DNA of 64,000 bases from Raillietiella orientalis. Taxonomy: Eukaryota. The position numbers and the translations under genes are program-made. The notes beneath the pieces were generated by a model. That model did no database searches and was not told the origin of the DNA. It saw only the letters and a program-made list of their open reading frames with translations. Shown here one piece after another: positions 24,501 to 37,416 of this stretch. Numbering within the stretch: position 1 is the stretch's first letter; the number at the start of each line of letters is the position of its first letter. The stretch spans positions 186,001 to 250,000 of the forward strand of contig JAYWIR010000045.1 in NCBI GenBank assembly GCA_036172245.1, in the 5' to 3' direction.

Positions 24501-25600
24501 ATGGGATCCTCTGGAAACGATCTGACGCAACGGGACCTGCCGAATCGCCCCAATTCAGCATCATTCGCACGGAAGAAACAATTGGAAATCCGACTGGCCT
24601 TTCCACTTTGAGGACTGACGGACCTATCAGAAGGTCACTTGGATCACGTATCACAGTTTCCGAACTTGGGATGCAGGGAATCTGCACACTCAGGGATGCC
24701 TTCCTCCGGCTGGATGGAACACGATGCGACGAGAGCTGAAATTTTTTAACGTTTTTTTCCCTTCCGAGGTGGACCGCGCCGTGGGAGGGAAAAGTGAGGC
24801 AGTCGGAAGAGCTGCAGCAGGACATCACGCATGTTTCGCTGTCAGGTCACCTCTTCGTCATCTCCCGAATTCACGCGCTCTTTTACGCTGCTGGCAGCGA
24901 GCTGTTCTAGAATCCGACCCAAACCGAGGTCCTTCCTGTCTTCAGTGAAACGGTGTTGGTGTTGGGAGGCTGAAGCGAGTCATTGGCAATGTCTCGATCC
25001 AGCCTTACTATACCATTTCGGTGCACTGCGGCTCCAAGGCCAAAGCTCATCATCCTTCCGCATGCTCCTTTCTTTTGTTGAGAAGCAATCCTCGGCTTAT
25101 TCTACGGAGTGAGATCCCTGAGGGAAAGCGAGGACTTCACTGCTGTCTGCAAAGACCTCTTCATCCTTCCACAAAACCTTCCGACTCCAGCGGCAAGCGA
25201 ATGGAAAACGCGTGGAGCATTCTTTTGGTGCGGAGACGGCTATATTCTTTCGCCCGGGAGTGATGCCAGCAACGCAGTGGAGAGAAGAACGAAGATCGAT
25301 CTTCCTCCTCTTTCGGAAGAAGTCTCTTCTAAACGCAGCATCCGGAGGAAACGGGGAAATCCACGTGTGTTCCGCCACGGCTTCCGCAGCAGCGGCGTGC
25401 CTTCCGTGCCTGACCGAACAAGCGCCTCCTCTTTGCGGACCACCCAATGGAATGATGGTCCTCTCGCCCGTGTCTTTCGTCGGCGGAATGCGCGACCAGA
25501 GGCGCAGCAGCGGCGAAACGCTCGACTCCGTCGTTCGCGGCGCACCATTGCGCCAACCACGCAACCACCGAAGACGCAACGTGCGCGCCAACCGTTTTTC
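21550..25600 (-). mobile_element. Probable decayed LINE 5' half (ORF1-like knuckle and endonuclease remnants), interrupted by SINE S2
   Basis: GQAPCWSACGICGVH knuckle-like remnant near 23000-23060; GDF and SRL endonuclease-like remnants near 21640-21730. Confidence 0.4.
23078..23836 (-). mobile_element. tRNA-headed SINE-like repeat, copy S2
   Basis: gcccacgttggcggccctgtggctgcag...gcgggttcgaatctcac (canonical B box GGTTCGAATC); body colinear with S1, S3, S4 and S5. Confidence 0.85.
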
Positions 25601-25639
25601 GAAACCAGGAGACGCTAGCTAGCATGTTCGCCACCTCAC

Positions 25640-28300
25640 CGCGCTGCGGGTAACTTGGTGGTGTGAGGAGAGAAAAAAGGGGGCTGTTGACGGGCCGTCA
25701 CACCGGCCAACCGTCGCCCCACTCGACTCTGCCATCATCTTCATCCCCTGCTGTCATGGGGTGATTGACTCTGGAACAGATTCTGTCCCCAGTAGTGCCC
25801 CGAGCCAAACGAGAACGCTCGCTTCACCGCCCTCGTCGCGCTCCAGGAGTACCTGCTTATACACCTCCAAAAACGGAGGATCCGGTTCCCATGCGCAAAG
25901 GGTCGCAGTCGTCCCGGAGGCATCCCAGTAGAGCGCTCGTCCCCGGCACGTTTTCCCCCAAGCTTCGAACGTGCCTCCCGCATGTGCACTCCTGTATTCC
26001 GTGACGCCGGTCGCAGTTTGGATCACCGCGGCTATCTAAATTCCGGGCATCCAGGGGTGCGCAAAAACTCGAAACGTCTGCGATTTCCTCTCGAGGCTTG
26101 CCCTTGAGACCCCCGTTCCCATGGTCACCACTTTTCTCAAACACTCAAGCGCCCCCCTTCCCCAAGTAGTCCACCGATATTTGTTACCGCTTTGTTCTAA
26201 GCCTGTCCTGATACATGTGGATGCCACCCTGCAGCACGGGGACCAACTTCGAAATCCTCGCCCCAGACTCCAGAGTTTCGCAGTGGGACACCTCCTTCCT
26301 GGTAGACTGACCTTCATTCCGAACCTTCAGAATGACGCTGCTAGCTCGGTCATGTGTCGGACACACGACGACAACTGCGGTGTGGCACCAGCGCCCCTGG
26401 ATTACGTTTGCGGCAGTACCTGGACAGCACCAGCAAGTCTGGAAGGCATGCTGATGCATCCATCTGAATGAAGATCGCATCTGTTTGCACTTATCGATTC
26501 TTCCAGCAGACGCGAGCACCCAGTGTACAGGTTGCTTTGCACGCTTTAGCAGCCCTGGCGACGCAGACCCTTGGCAACATCCTTAGGAGCACAAACTCGT
26601 TCCCGGTCAACATTGGAAGACCAAGACCGAGTCTCCCAGCAGCCGCGCACGTCGGCTCCGATGTATACAAGGCTCCATTTCTTCCAGTTCCAAACAGCGA
26701 GAGCGCACAGCTTCCGTGTCGGCCAGAAAACTGGGTCTGTTCTTGGGAGCACGTTCGTTGCTTCCGGGTGCGAGCCAGTCCACGCTTCCAGCAGTCCTTT
26801 GGTGTTACGAAGAGGTGACTAGGGCGGAGCACGTTGCCATCTGCAAGAAGAACAATCTGGAAGAGTGAGCGGTTCACAAACAAATATCGGCTGCTTGCAT
26901 CCTGTCTCGACTACTGGTGACATAACGATCCGCAAGATGGTATCCGCCTGCCTAGGATAACTAAGATAATCGTGTCGAACGGGAACCTGCACGAAACTCA
27001 AGATCCGCGTTTCCTCTTTATTCCCTCTTCCATTGTCCTCCCCTAGAAGTGCGCCAGGCTCCGCGACAGCAACAAGCAAGAGGAACGTTAGCAACCCATG
27101 TGCTGTGTCCCAGCTCAAAGCAGCACGCTGGCGACTGACAGAAAGTCGGCGAACCGAGGCTGCTTGAGAATTCTCCGGGAAGCTCCTCTTCCCCCATGAC
27201 AGTCTGACTTTCCGAGCAGCCTCCTTGTGAGAGACACGGAGCATCTGCTTTCGAAGTGCGCGCGATCCTGCAAACAAAGGAGACGACCGCTGTCCGTGTG
27301 TTTTGAAATCTCTCGGGCACCCGGAGGTAAGAGCTAAGAGGTCTCCTCGTTCCACCGATGACGATGACCATGCACACTGTTCTTGCCGTGCCGACGAACC
27401 GCACTCAAACTGCCTTCTTGCGCGTTTCCTCTTCGCACAGCACCTCCGTTGTAACGCCTCCCGATCCTTCAATCGTGATGGCTCGCCTTCCCGATTTTTG
27501 CTTTTGACAGCTTCATAAGGCGATTTCTCTTTCGACAACATCCTTTCAAGGAACCTCGTTCTGACGGACTTCGTGCGGGCCTGACGGGTGGAACTTTGCC
27601 CTTGCGTTAGCACTGACGCTTGACTACGGCACCTGCATCTAGGAGGCGTGCAAACAACAGAAGCGTGTTCCCGACACTCCCTCGGTGCGTCATTTAGGTG
27701 GGATCACTCGCTAGTGATGATTTGATCTCTTTTCTCCATCCCTCCCACGTGAACACTTTGCGGTTACTGACGAGGGTCTTCCGTGCTACGACGGTGCGGT
27801 CATCAGCAACGGAATTCCCCAACGGATGTTTCAAAAACACGGGAGCGACGATCCTCACCCGAACACCGTGCGTCACCTCCCGAACCTCTCTGACGACAAC
27901 CGTCGCGCTTCTCTCGCCCAATCATTACACCCCACGAAGAACCAGCCAGCCATCGAAGCGAGTCTCCTGCTCTTGGAGGATGCGCCTGCAACTGCCACGA
28001 ACGACCACTTATCTCTGTCCCTTCCGATTGAGCAGTAACCAACCAAGACGTGCCAAGGACATCTCCGAAGACGCGCCCATACTCGGTTCCGCCCCTCGCA
28101 TGCCACCATCTCGCATGGCTGCAATCTACTTCCCTGCCTCGGGGGCCAAACAGAGAAGACGCCACTCCCCACTTCGTGAGCAATCTGTTGCGCTCTCGGG
28201 ACCGGCCAGTCGAGTTCCGCCAGTCGCCTCTCTGTAGAACAGTCTACACGCCCGCCACCCGGTTTCCCGCCCTTTTTCGTTTTCTGTTGAGCATCACTTC
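25640..28300 (-). mobile_element. Decayed LINE remnants
   Basis: WSSNVDRERVCAPKDVAKGL resembles the post-RT LC.PK..GGL motif; the rest is too degraded to parse. Confidence 0.35.
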
Positions 28301-29418
28301 CCACCTGGCGGCAGCAGCTAACCGTCTCTTCCCGTGATTCGCGTTCAGCCGGCGCCACTTCCTTCCCCGGCAATCCTGCAGGACGCGCACACGATCCTGT
28401 CCTCACGCACAGCGCCTCCATCTTACCGCCGTCCTCGGGGTAAGCGCGCAGCCGCTTCTCCCAAATCCAGCGACCTACTTTACGGTAACCTGGGGCAGAT
28501 GCAGCAAAACGCCGACGGCGGCAAACGGGTGGACGAGTGAGTGCCGCTGTTCTCCAACAGTTGAATGCGAGTGCTCGGAGTCGAGGTCACACGAAAAAGC
28601 AACAGAGTCCACTGCGTTCCTCCCAGGAAACTCGAAAGGCGCGCAGGCTTGTGAGAGTCTTTCATGCGCCCAAAGGGATCTTTAGAACCGCTGCAATGCA
28701 GGTGAGTATGGTTTCCTCCATCAACTCGTACCTATCGAAGAGTAAGGCAAGAGACGGAAGAACAGCAAACCGAGCAGCAAAGGCTTCCATAGTAGCAACC
28801 CACCCACATGACCTTCACCGGGATTCATCTGACACTGGAAACGCCATTGCTTTCCGCCCAAAGTTACTAGGATCGAGGACGAGGAGCGAATGAGAGCAGC
28901 GATGGAAACGCCTCTATCGAAGGAGCTAAGATGCCTGTCCATTGAGTCCATTCTCTCCCGAGCCACAGACGCGCAGACGCTGCAGCTCCCTTTCTGCTGC
29001 AAGCGTCCACGTCCCTGCACCAGTTTGTACGGCTGACCCTATGCCGATCATTCCGACCAGCGACATGCGTCACTCTGAGACTGCCTGTTCGAAGAACTTG
29101 CTACCAGCTCCGCATTCTCGCACGCGAAAACCCGCATCACAACGTCGAGTCCATCCTTGGTGACTGAGGACGGTCCACTGATTGAGAAGATACGTTGCAG
29201 CGTTTGTCAGCAGGAGGAAGGATACTCATGTACGAAAACTGGCACAAGAGAATAGTCTTCGGACAAGCTTTCCATTTCAAGAATGCCGCAATCAACGTCC
29301 CAGAGTTCTTTCCTGTTGGCGCATGAGATGATGAATGCACAAGACAGTATCGGGTGGAGTTTGCAAGGATTCTGATTCCCCTGCTCCGCCCAAGAAAAAA
29401 GAAGGACTGTAGCCACAC

Positions 29419-30043
29419 GTCCTCGTTGGCTGCTGTGTGGCTGAGGTCTCCACGCGTGGCACCAAGCGTTGCGGGTTCGCATCCCGCCAGAGGAAGGATC
29501 CACGCCGGGGGCGCGTCGTGGGTTTCGAGTCCCCGCCGCAGGATGATGCTATCTGGTCCGTAGGCTTCGAGTGCGGCACTTGATGCCCTCGTGGACTGAC
29601 CAGGATTGGAAGTTGACCCTCCAGGTCCTTCCAGGAGGCAAGGAGCAGGTTTCCCTCCGGCTGTGAGAATGAAAACGTCCCTTCCCTCAGAGAGAGACCC
29701 TCTCTATCGAGTGCCATGGAGTTGGTTGATAATCCCCTCAGGGGATACCTCTCCAGAGTGCGGCAAGCGCACTGCTTCCTCCCTTCAGGGAGCGCCTTCC
29801 AGAGGAATTTGGAAATGTCCCTTCGGGGTTCTTCTCAGAGGAGTAAACAAGGAGCGGTTTCCCTCGCGGGTTTCCTCCGGAGAAGAATTTTCAGTAGCGG
29901 ATGCTTTCCAGGTTCCCTTCCGAAAAGAAACCAGGGGAGGCCTCCACAAAGCAAGGGTCCCTGCGGATGAAATAAAGAGGCTCCCTTTGGAGACAACAGG
30001 GCGAGGGGTCCCCTTGGGGTCCTCTCCCAAGAGTAAAAAAAAA
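29419..30043 (+). mobile_element. tRNA-headed SINE-like repeat, copy S3
   Basis: gtcctcgttggctgctgtgtggctgagg...gcgggttcgcatcccgcc (T-arm gcggg/cccgc); shared body; A-run at 30035-30043. Confidence 0.85.
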
Positions 30044-30636
30044 GGAAAGGAGGATCGGAAAGTGTCGCACCCGCGTCCCTTGAAGGACGTTTGCACAATC
30101 GCCTCAACCTGGCTAGCTATCCGACCTGAGAACAGGACTCCGGAGGATTTCATCCGCTTTCCGGTGCGCACGCAAGGTCCACGGAATTCTGTTGTTCTGT
30201 TGCTCTGCTGTGGAAACTTTTCCATCTCATGAGCGCGCGGAGAATTTCCATGTGCCGGGAGGAAAAGCTGGTGGCTCCGAGGCGGAGAGCAGATCCGATT
30301 CGTGGTTCTCGCACAGTTTCCATCGGGAAACGCCGCAGTGGAAATCGCAACCCGCTCTCTCCTCTTGGAAAATTTCCATGGAAACCCTGGACAGCTACAC
30401 AATTACCCGCCAGATGAGTTCTTGGAATAGAACGGTGAACATCCAGCCTTCATCAGCACATAACTTGCAAGTCCATGTTTAAAGGAACTACCTCCAGACA
30501 CTCCACAAATGGTCCAGTGCGCAGACTGCACTTTCCATGCAAAATATTGCGATTTTTTTTTTGGCTTGTACACTAGAATTACCTGCAGGGCTGTGCAATA
30601 AAGAACACAGAAGATTAATTGCTGAAATTGCTTTAT

Positions 30637-32695
30637 TCAGGTGCCCAGGGAATTGTATAGACGCTTCCTCCTTAGAGTTAGCACAAAAAATGCGACGACA
30701 GCAAGCACCGCAAAGATGCTTAAGATCGCAAAAACTGCCACAGATGAGAGGCCGCCAGCGCCATCAACTTTCTTCGAGGCATCCGGAAACATGATCTGGA
30801 TGCCGTCTGAGCAGCCTTCATCGTGCTGGCACTTCAGGGCCTTCTTATTGCAAGGTAGCAGACCCGACACCTGCTGGTTGAAGCAGACGAAAATCTTTGA
30901 TAGCAATAGGCGGTTTTCCTGGAAAAACAATATTTTCCTTTTAGATACAACAGAGATGAAATTTAGTAGAAGGGCTTTCTCGAGTTTTCAAGAACCAATT
31001 AATCCTTCACACGAACAACGAAAATCTACGTGACCTTCCGAAATCGCTCTAACGAATAACGGGCCCTGCTCAAATTCCCTTCATCGCTTTTGGACCTCAG
31101 GAAAACAACAAAAGAGGACCTGAGGGTTGCCTCCAACCCCAGATGAGCACAAATACCACTACGTTATTTGGGCAGTCATCGCTCGCACGCCAGATCTTAA
31201 ATTCCACCCTCGAATTCCTGCTGGTCTCAAAAGGGAATACGTACATGAGACCGGCACTGCACGCAGACGTCGTGCCCGCGCTTTACAAACGCCTGGTGTA
31301 GTTTTTCTAAGGAGGAGGAGGTTCCTGGAGTTATATGCGCCTCCTCCATGGTAGCCAAGATGTTGGCACTTGAGATCATCGCGAGAGCACTCGTAAAGTA
31401 GTGCTGCTCATCCGAGAATTGGCACCCGTAGTTCTCATAATTTAATTTCCAAATGTCCTCATTCTTTCCGAAAAAGTTCGGCCACAGTTCACCTAGGATG
31501 TTTTTGGAATCAGCAGGCAGCTTCTCCGGTCGGAAAGTGATGTTTGCACACTTTTTCGAAGGAGCAGCGCTGAGGAAGGACGGAACGGTTGTGGTCACCC
31601 GAGGTCATACTACCTTACTGCATTGACCACGAATTGTTTGCTGATGTTTTTGCTGCACACATCTGTTTTTGTGCAGACACTGGGAGGCCATACTGCCTCC
31701 AAGACTTTGAATGGTTCCCAACTGAAAACAGAAGCGCCGATCAAGTGGGGCCGGTGCAGAACTCGAGCTCCTAATGCAGAAACCCTGCTTCCAAAAATCA
31801 TTGCTTCCCTTCGATTTATCGTGGCAAATTACAAAGCATCCAAACGACTACGTATCCGAGAAGTCGCTGCTCACTTTGTGCTCCCCACCGTCCCAAAGTC
31901 CGTCACGCTCGTTCAAAACAGCGAGCCCAACATCGCGACGGGCGATTATCCCTTCCAGACTTTGTCTGCGATTCGTCCGTTTACCACAGAGGCATCCACC
32001 TCAACCCAAGGTTGCTGTGCGCAAGTTTCTTACGATACACGGGAGCTTTTCGAGCCATCTTGCTTTTCTCTCGGAGCCTTTGCGCAGATGAGAAATGAGA
32101 AGCAAAAAATCGCAACTTTCGCGCGACGCTGAAGAGCCCAAAGTGCCAAACGCTTCCTCTGCAAGAAATCGGCGTTCCTGACGTCCGATCTCTGACGTCC
32201 AGTTCCTTTGCCAGGCTGATTCGGCACCGCTGCGACAAGCTTCTTGGTACCAAAAAGCATCGGGGGATCCTGGACGCAGAGTCCAAAGGGGAAAGAATCA
32301 TTCTCGAGTTTCCACTGTTAGTGACTCACGAACGTCACCGCACTCGAGAAATTTCTGCACTCTCGCGACGTTCGGTTTGCTGGGACGCAGTTTGCATTAT
32401 CAGCAGAATCTGAGAACACATCGTGCTATTCTCTGCTAAGCAAAAGACGATGGAAGAGCATCCACCCGATCTCACTTTTGTCGATCCACACCACACCACC
32501 GCTTGCCCTAAACATTCAAGAGTGCACTGTACAGCAATAGACTTAAGAGCGGGAAGTACCCCAGGAAAAGAGCCGAATTTCCTTTAAAGGGAGACGACAA
32601 AAACGTTTGGGGTCAGTACCACCAACCACGCAATCATGCGCTCTTTACCTGGTCGCCAGTGGCACGCGTAGAAATACCAAAACGACAAGCAGCAT
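30637..32695 (-). CDS. RNase T2-fold protein, predicted catalytically inactive, with signal peptide and C-terminal TM helix (253 aa; exons 32695-32649, 31721-31614, 31569-31245, 30918-30637)
   Basis: All introns are GT-AG with phases 2,2,0 and the spliced frame is open: MLLVVLVFLRVPLATS-WEPFKVLEAVWPPSVC..C..FVVNAV..LGELWPNFFGKNEDIWKLNYENYGC..HYFTSAL..ITPG..LSKIFVCF..C..C..IMFP..VAVFAILSIFAVLAVVAFFVLTL-RRKRLYNSLGT. AATAAA overlaps the stop. Exon 1 is the least certain. Confidence 0.85.
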
Positions 32696-33921
32696 TCTGG
32701 ACGAAGCACCAAAGGAGGATGCTTACAGCTGCATGCCCAGCACAACCACTGACAAACTCAAATCCAGGAAGAAACAGCTCGTTGACTTCAGCACGGAGCG
32801 ACGCGCAAAACTGCCTGGAGGCCCAACAAGCTTATGCGGTCTGGCGACGATCGCGCTCGCGTTCCGGCGGGGCGTCGACGGGAAGTCCAGCAGGCCGACC
32901 ATCAGCAGCACGCGATTGACACAGAGGATTACATCGACGACAAGGGAGAAGAGATGGAGCGAAAACAAAACATGCACAACGTTCTGTTTACGGTGTCACA
33001 AAAACGGAGATCCTGGAGCTCTCTCCGGAATTCCGTAGTTCTGAAGAAAATCCAAGTGACCAATACCTCCTTTACGCCCGTTAGGGCGCACTGCAAGAAG
33101 TACAATTCTTCTCAGTTCCATCAGTGCTTGCATTTCAAATCACTCACACTCCTCAGTTGCTAAGTGATTCGCGACTAAGAAAGAACGTTGAAACGGACTT
33201 GCAGCACACGCCGAGATGCAAGCAAACCGACATGTCGGAAAGGCGGAGAAGCTTGCTCGACAGCTAGGGAGACGCTGTCCGGTTACCCAGAGGCCGTTGC
33301 CGTAATCAACATTTCATGCCTTCGGCCAAGTAGCATTACTTCTGGGCAATCACTGGCATTGCCGCAGATGAGAACTGAGAAGCCAAAAATCGCAACTTTC
33401 TCGCAACGCCGAGTTGAACCCCACAGAACTGAAGTCCTACCCCGAAGCCTAAAAACGCAACTCCCACTTTGACCACGATGACAGATTAGCATGGAAACCG
33501 AATGTGGTACCCTTCTTACTGATCTTTACTCAAAATTAATATCGTGCCTACTAAGAGATGAACGCAAGAAACATAAAGAATAATGACGATCCAAGAGCAC
33601 GATTAAAGCAAAAAAAAAAAAACTTTCGGAACATCCTTTCGATGCACGAATGGAGAGAATTTTGCATCTCTCATCTTGGACCCAACTTGAGATGGATGGA
33701 AGACACCTGTTTACTTTCATCACTTGAAAACTCGCACCAGGTGTTCGAGTAGGCATTTTTTTTTTCTTTTCTGATGCATTATTTTACTCGTATCGCCACG
33801 CCAGCGTCCTGGTGCAACGAAAAAACACTTCAGCTGCCCTTTACTGCAAGATACTACTGCCCAAATGTAACGCGACTTGATCCCCCTACGTATCTTTTCC
33901 TATGCTCTTAGAAACTGTTAA

Positions 33922-35460
33922 TCATGCCAGATCCAGAGTGGTGGGTTGCACTGAACAAGGAAGAAGTACTTGCACATTTCTTGCTGGCTGACTTCTGTTT
34001 GATGAATGGTTGGTGCTCTCCTCCAAAGTGTACTGCTGAAAATGGCTTGGATAGAATACGGAGGTTTGGCTTCTCCCACAAGAATGGTCTTTTTCACATA
34101 ACAGTTCTTTTTTGTTGCAAGGAACGAATTTCAGTCCCTTGGGAGGTGCACATACTGATATCTTGGATAAGATGAGCATATTGTTCTGAAAGATTTAGCT
34201 CATAACTGAATTATCTCAAAATATGAAACTGGGAACAGAAATATTTCTCCACAAACTAGAAGGCAAAAAAAAATGCTTCACAGGGATGTTTGATGCCATT
34301 AAAGCAGGCAAGCAATGTTTCAAGAAGCATTTTAAAGCACACCAACAGGCACTGCAGAAAATTAGCAATGTGTTTCTTGTATCTTAGCAATAGCTTTGGA
34401 AATGGTTACATGGGAACTTAAAATGAGGGCTAACCTCCAGGAAATGACAGCTGCAAGAACCTAACAGTCAATACCTACCTTGTATATGCATTCCATACAT
34501 GCAGTACCATTCAATGGTTTACGCAATGCTCCTAAACTATATTTTCTACCTGGAAATATGGAGGCTGCACTTAATTTCTCTTTAAGCTGTGTGCTTTCAA
34601 AAAGTTTCATAGCATTCACAAAGAATGCCTCTTCATCTTCATGCATACATCCATATAACTCATAATCTTCTTTCCATTTTTGTTGGGGATTTCCAACAAA
34701 ACTAGGCCATTTTGCCTCTAACGAACTTCGTGTCGTTATAGACAGAGAACTCAAATTAAACTTTGCCTCGCACGGGACCACAGGTAGTTTCCTAAAGTAA
34801 GACATGATATAGCTAAGATCTTGAAGACAAACCTTTATATATATACCTGTAAGAATCGATGACAAATTCACTTAAGTTCACCGAAACTTCATTTACAGCT
34901 GCGGGTAATGACACAACCAATATCCTAAATGGATTCCCGCTGCAACATGAGAGCAATGAGATATGCAACGTATGATCATAAAATGGTGTTCAGAAGTACG
35001 GCCTTTACAAACATCCAAAACAATGCTCGTGAGTTCAGCACAGTGCACAAACATCACATCAGAAAATGCATGCAAATATCGGCAGTAATGCCAGAGATCG
35101 GTTTCCTCCGATTCGAAAGAACACTTTCTTTGCATGGATTCTGAATAAGCAGCAACCAAAGCAAAAAAAGCACACAAACGAAGGATCTGAGAGCCTTCTG
35201 CCAGTTATCAGTGGAACTGAAAACTTAGGTCGTGAGAAATTTCCAAAGACTCTTCGCCTCAGCATTATATTAAAGCTATACAGAAGCATTATCTAATTGA
35301 GCTGTAAACAACATCGGCGAATTTGTGCCGTCGAAGGCACAAGCCGCCGGTTGCACGCTTGAAAATTTCGCGGGAAGCACGTGTTTCACGAAAGCATGAC
35401 TTACCAGCACGTCATTCTCCAGGTGGAAAAGAAAACAGAGAACATTAGCCGAAATTGCAT
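33922..35460 (-). CDS. RNase T2-fold paralog, predicted inactive, no TM helix (241 aa; exons 35460-35405, 34939-34847, 34791-34479, 34185-33922)
   Basis: Same intron phases (2,2,0), GT-AG. PFRILVVSLP..EFVIDSYR..LEAKWPSFVGNPQQKWKEDYELYGC..AFFVNAM..IFPG..LSKISVC..PCNKK..C..C..VFYP aligns with the neighbouring gene. Exon 1 (MQFRLMFSVFFSTWRMTC) is tentative. Confidence 0.8.
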
Positions 35461-37070
35461 ACTGCAAAATGTCAGATTCGAACTCTGCAGAGAGACCTGA
35501 AAAAATTAAAAAACTAAACACACAAAAAACACTTTTCACGAAAGCATGAAACGTTTCGTGAGACCCGATGCCCTACTCTTGCATAACCGCTCAACGGCAT
35601 AGGCTTAAGCTCGCTGCTCTCGGGCAGGGGGAAATAGGGGAGGCTTCCGCTCTTTTTTCCACACGCCCTCGCCATTTTTTGTCCGACGTCCGAAATGCAC
35701 TTGTATTTACTTTCAGAGCGGTAGGTAACACTTTAGAGAGCTGTTGCCTTGTTGAAATGAGAAACCTGAGCACCATTGGCGTCATCGAAGGTCGCAGAGA
35801 ACGTTGGTCAGTTTTCCAGTCATCCACGTCGCTCGCGACAGTTACACTAAAACAGGAAAATGAAATTTTCCCGGTAAGGAGAACCGAAGTGTTCCGACGC
35901 GAGAAAGGACCAGACTTCAGTGGAAGCACAACTAGGGAACGGAAAAGTGTACGGCAGGAGTGACAAAGAGATAAAGGAATAGGGGTGGGATGGACTGGTA
36001 TGGCAATGATGCCGAGTCCACAGACTGCAGAGCATGTGAGAGTGTCCAAAACGGGTACACAGTTGTGTCGACCATGGATGCCCCTTACCATGGAAGCGGA
36101 AGCTCTCTGCAGACATTCATTCTTCTGAAACGGAAGGGGGAGTGGCAAACTCTCGAGCGGCAGCTTATGGCGCGATGAGCATGCACTTTGAACCGCTGCC
36201 TTGCACTTTGAATACAATTCCACACTTCAGTAGAAGATAGAGAATAGCACTAAGTTTGTGTACATGGAATTCGTTCAAGAGCGGCCGTGCGCTGACGACT
36301 CTTCGAAACCCAGTTGTCAATCGCAAGACAATGAACAAGAAGGCGACCTTCGAAGGGAGTAAAATTCATGGAATGATGATGATTCGTCCAACATACTTTC
36401 GCTTGGCGTGGACTGCATGTGCCGAAGAGAGGGAATAGTAAACAAATAAATAAGCAAAACACACACAAGTCCTGGAGGAGGAAAGGGGTCATCGGCACGC
36501 TGAATCCTAGACATTTCTGAATTCTTACTCTCCGCGGGTGAATTCTTCCCAATGTGCTGCTTTCAAATCAGACCACTTGCTGGCACCATAATCGTAGTGG
36601 TCAGGAGAATGGACTCCCTGCATCAGGGGTCTTCTCACTCTCTTCAGATGTCTCAGCACCTTGTTGCTAACGCAGAACAGTATTGCCACCTTCGTGATAA
36701 TGGATCATGGCTGTGAAAGAAACCAATGTCTTATCCAGTCCAGTGGCTTTTTTGTTTGGGATCAAAGAAGCTACCGATCGCCTCTCCCGTCCGTAAGGAG
36801 GGGGGCACCACACTGCAGCCAGAGGTATGGTGGAATCGTTTCGATCCGACTGCATCTCATGCGTTCCAAGAAGGCAGTTTCAGCTGTCTCTCGTTGGCAA
36901 TCCACGGTTAACCTCGGCTCGAGAGAGCGCCTCCGCGCCTCCGTGTGTTCAAGTGGGAAGGGAGGCACAGAGTTGTGCAGGAAGACTTCACGGATTGCTA
37001 GTCCTTCAGGGATGGCCAGAAGTTTTTCCCCATCCCACTGTTACGCCGGTCCACACATTTAGTGCGGTCG

Positions 37071-37175
37071 TTTAAACCGGGTCCTCCCGGAGAATTTATT
37101 CAAACACAAACAAACACGTGATGCGTGGTGGGAACATTCTCATCGGAAACAATCAGAAGAGAGGCTCTGGATCCT
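37071..37175 (-). mobile_element. Probable LINE 3' terminus of a divergent subfamily
   Basis: Minus strand reads aataaattctccgggaggacccggtttaaa: AATAAA plus a 5-bp stem-loop, as in the other termini. Confidence 0.45.
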
Positions 37176-37416
37176 TCTTTTTTCCCGGAGCGAGACATTG
37201 CGATGGCAACCACCTTTCCCACCGGGAGTGGCTTCTTCCTGTGCACCGCCTTGCCCAGCGATCAATGTGTGGCGGTGTTCCAATGAAAGGCGTCCCAGGG
37301 CTTCGACGACTTCCAGGACGTCTTCGTGGAATCTTCTGAAACGGTGCAGGAGACTCGCGCGGAGATTTCCTTGTGCGTCGTTCCCCTTTCCTTCCCCTTT
37401 CTCCTTCAAAAAAAAA

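Noticed and set aside
35591..36223. 210-aa minus-strand ORF upstream of RNase T2-like gene A
   Set aside because: No recognisable domain or coherent splice pattern.
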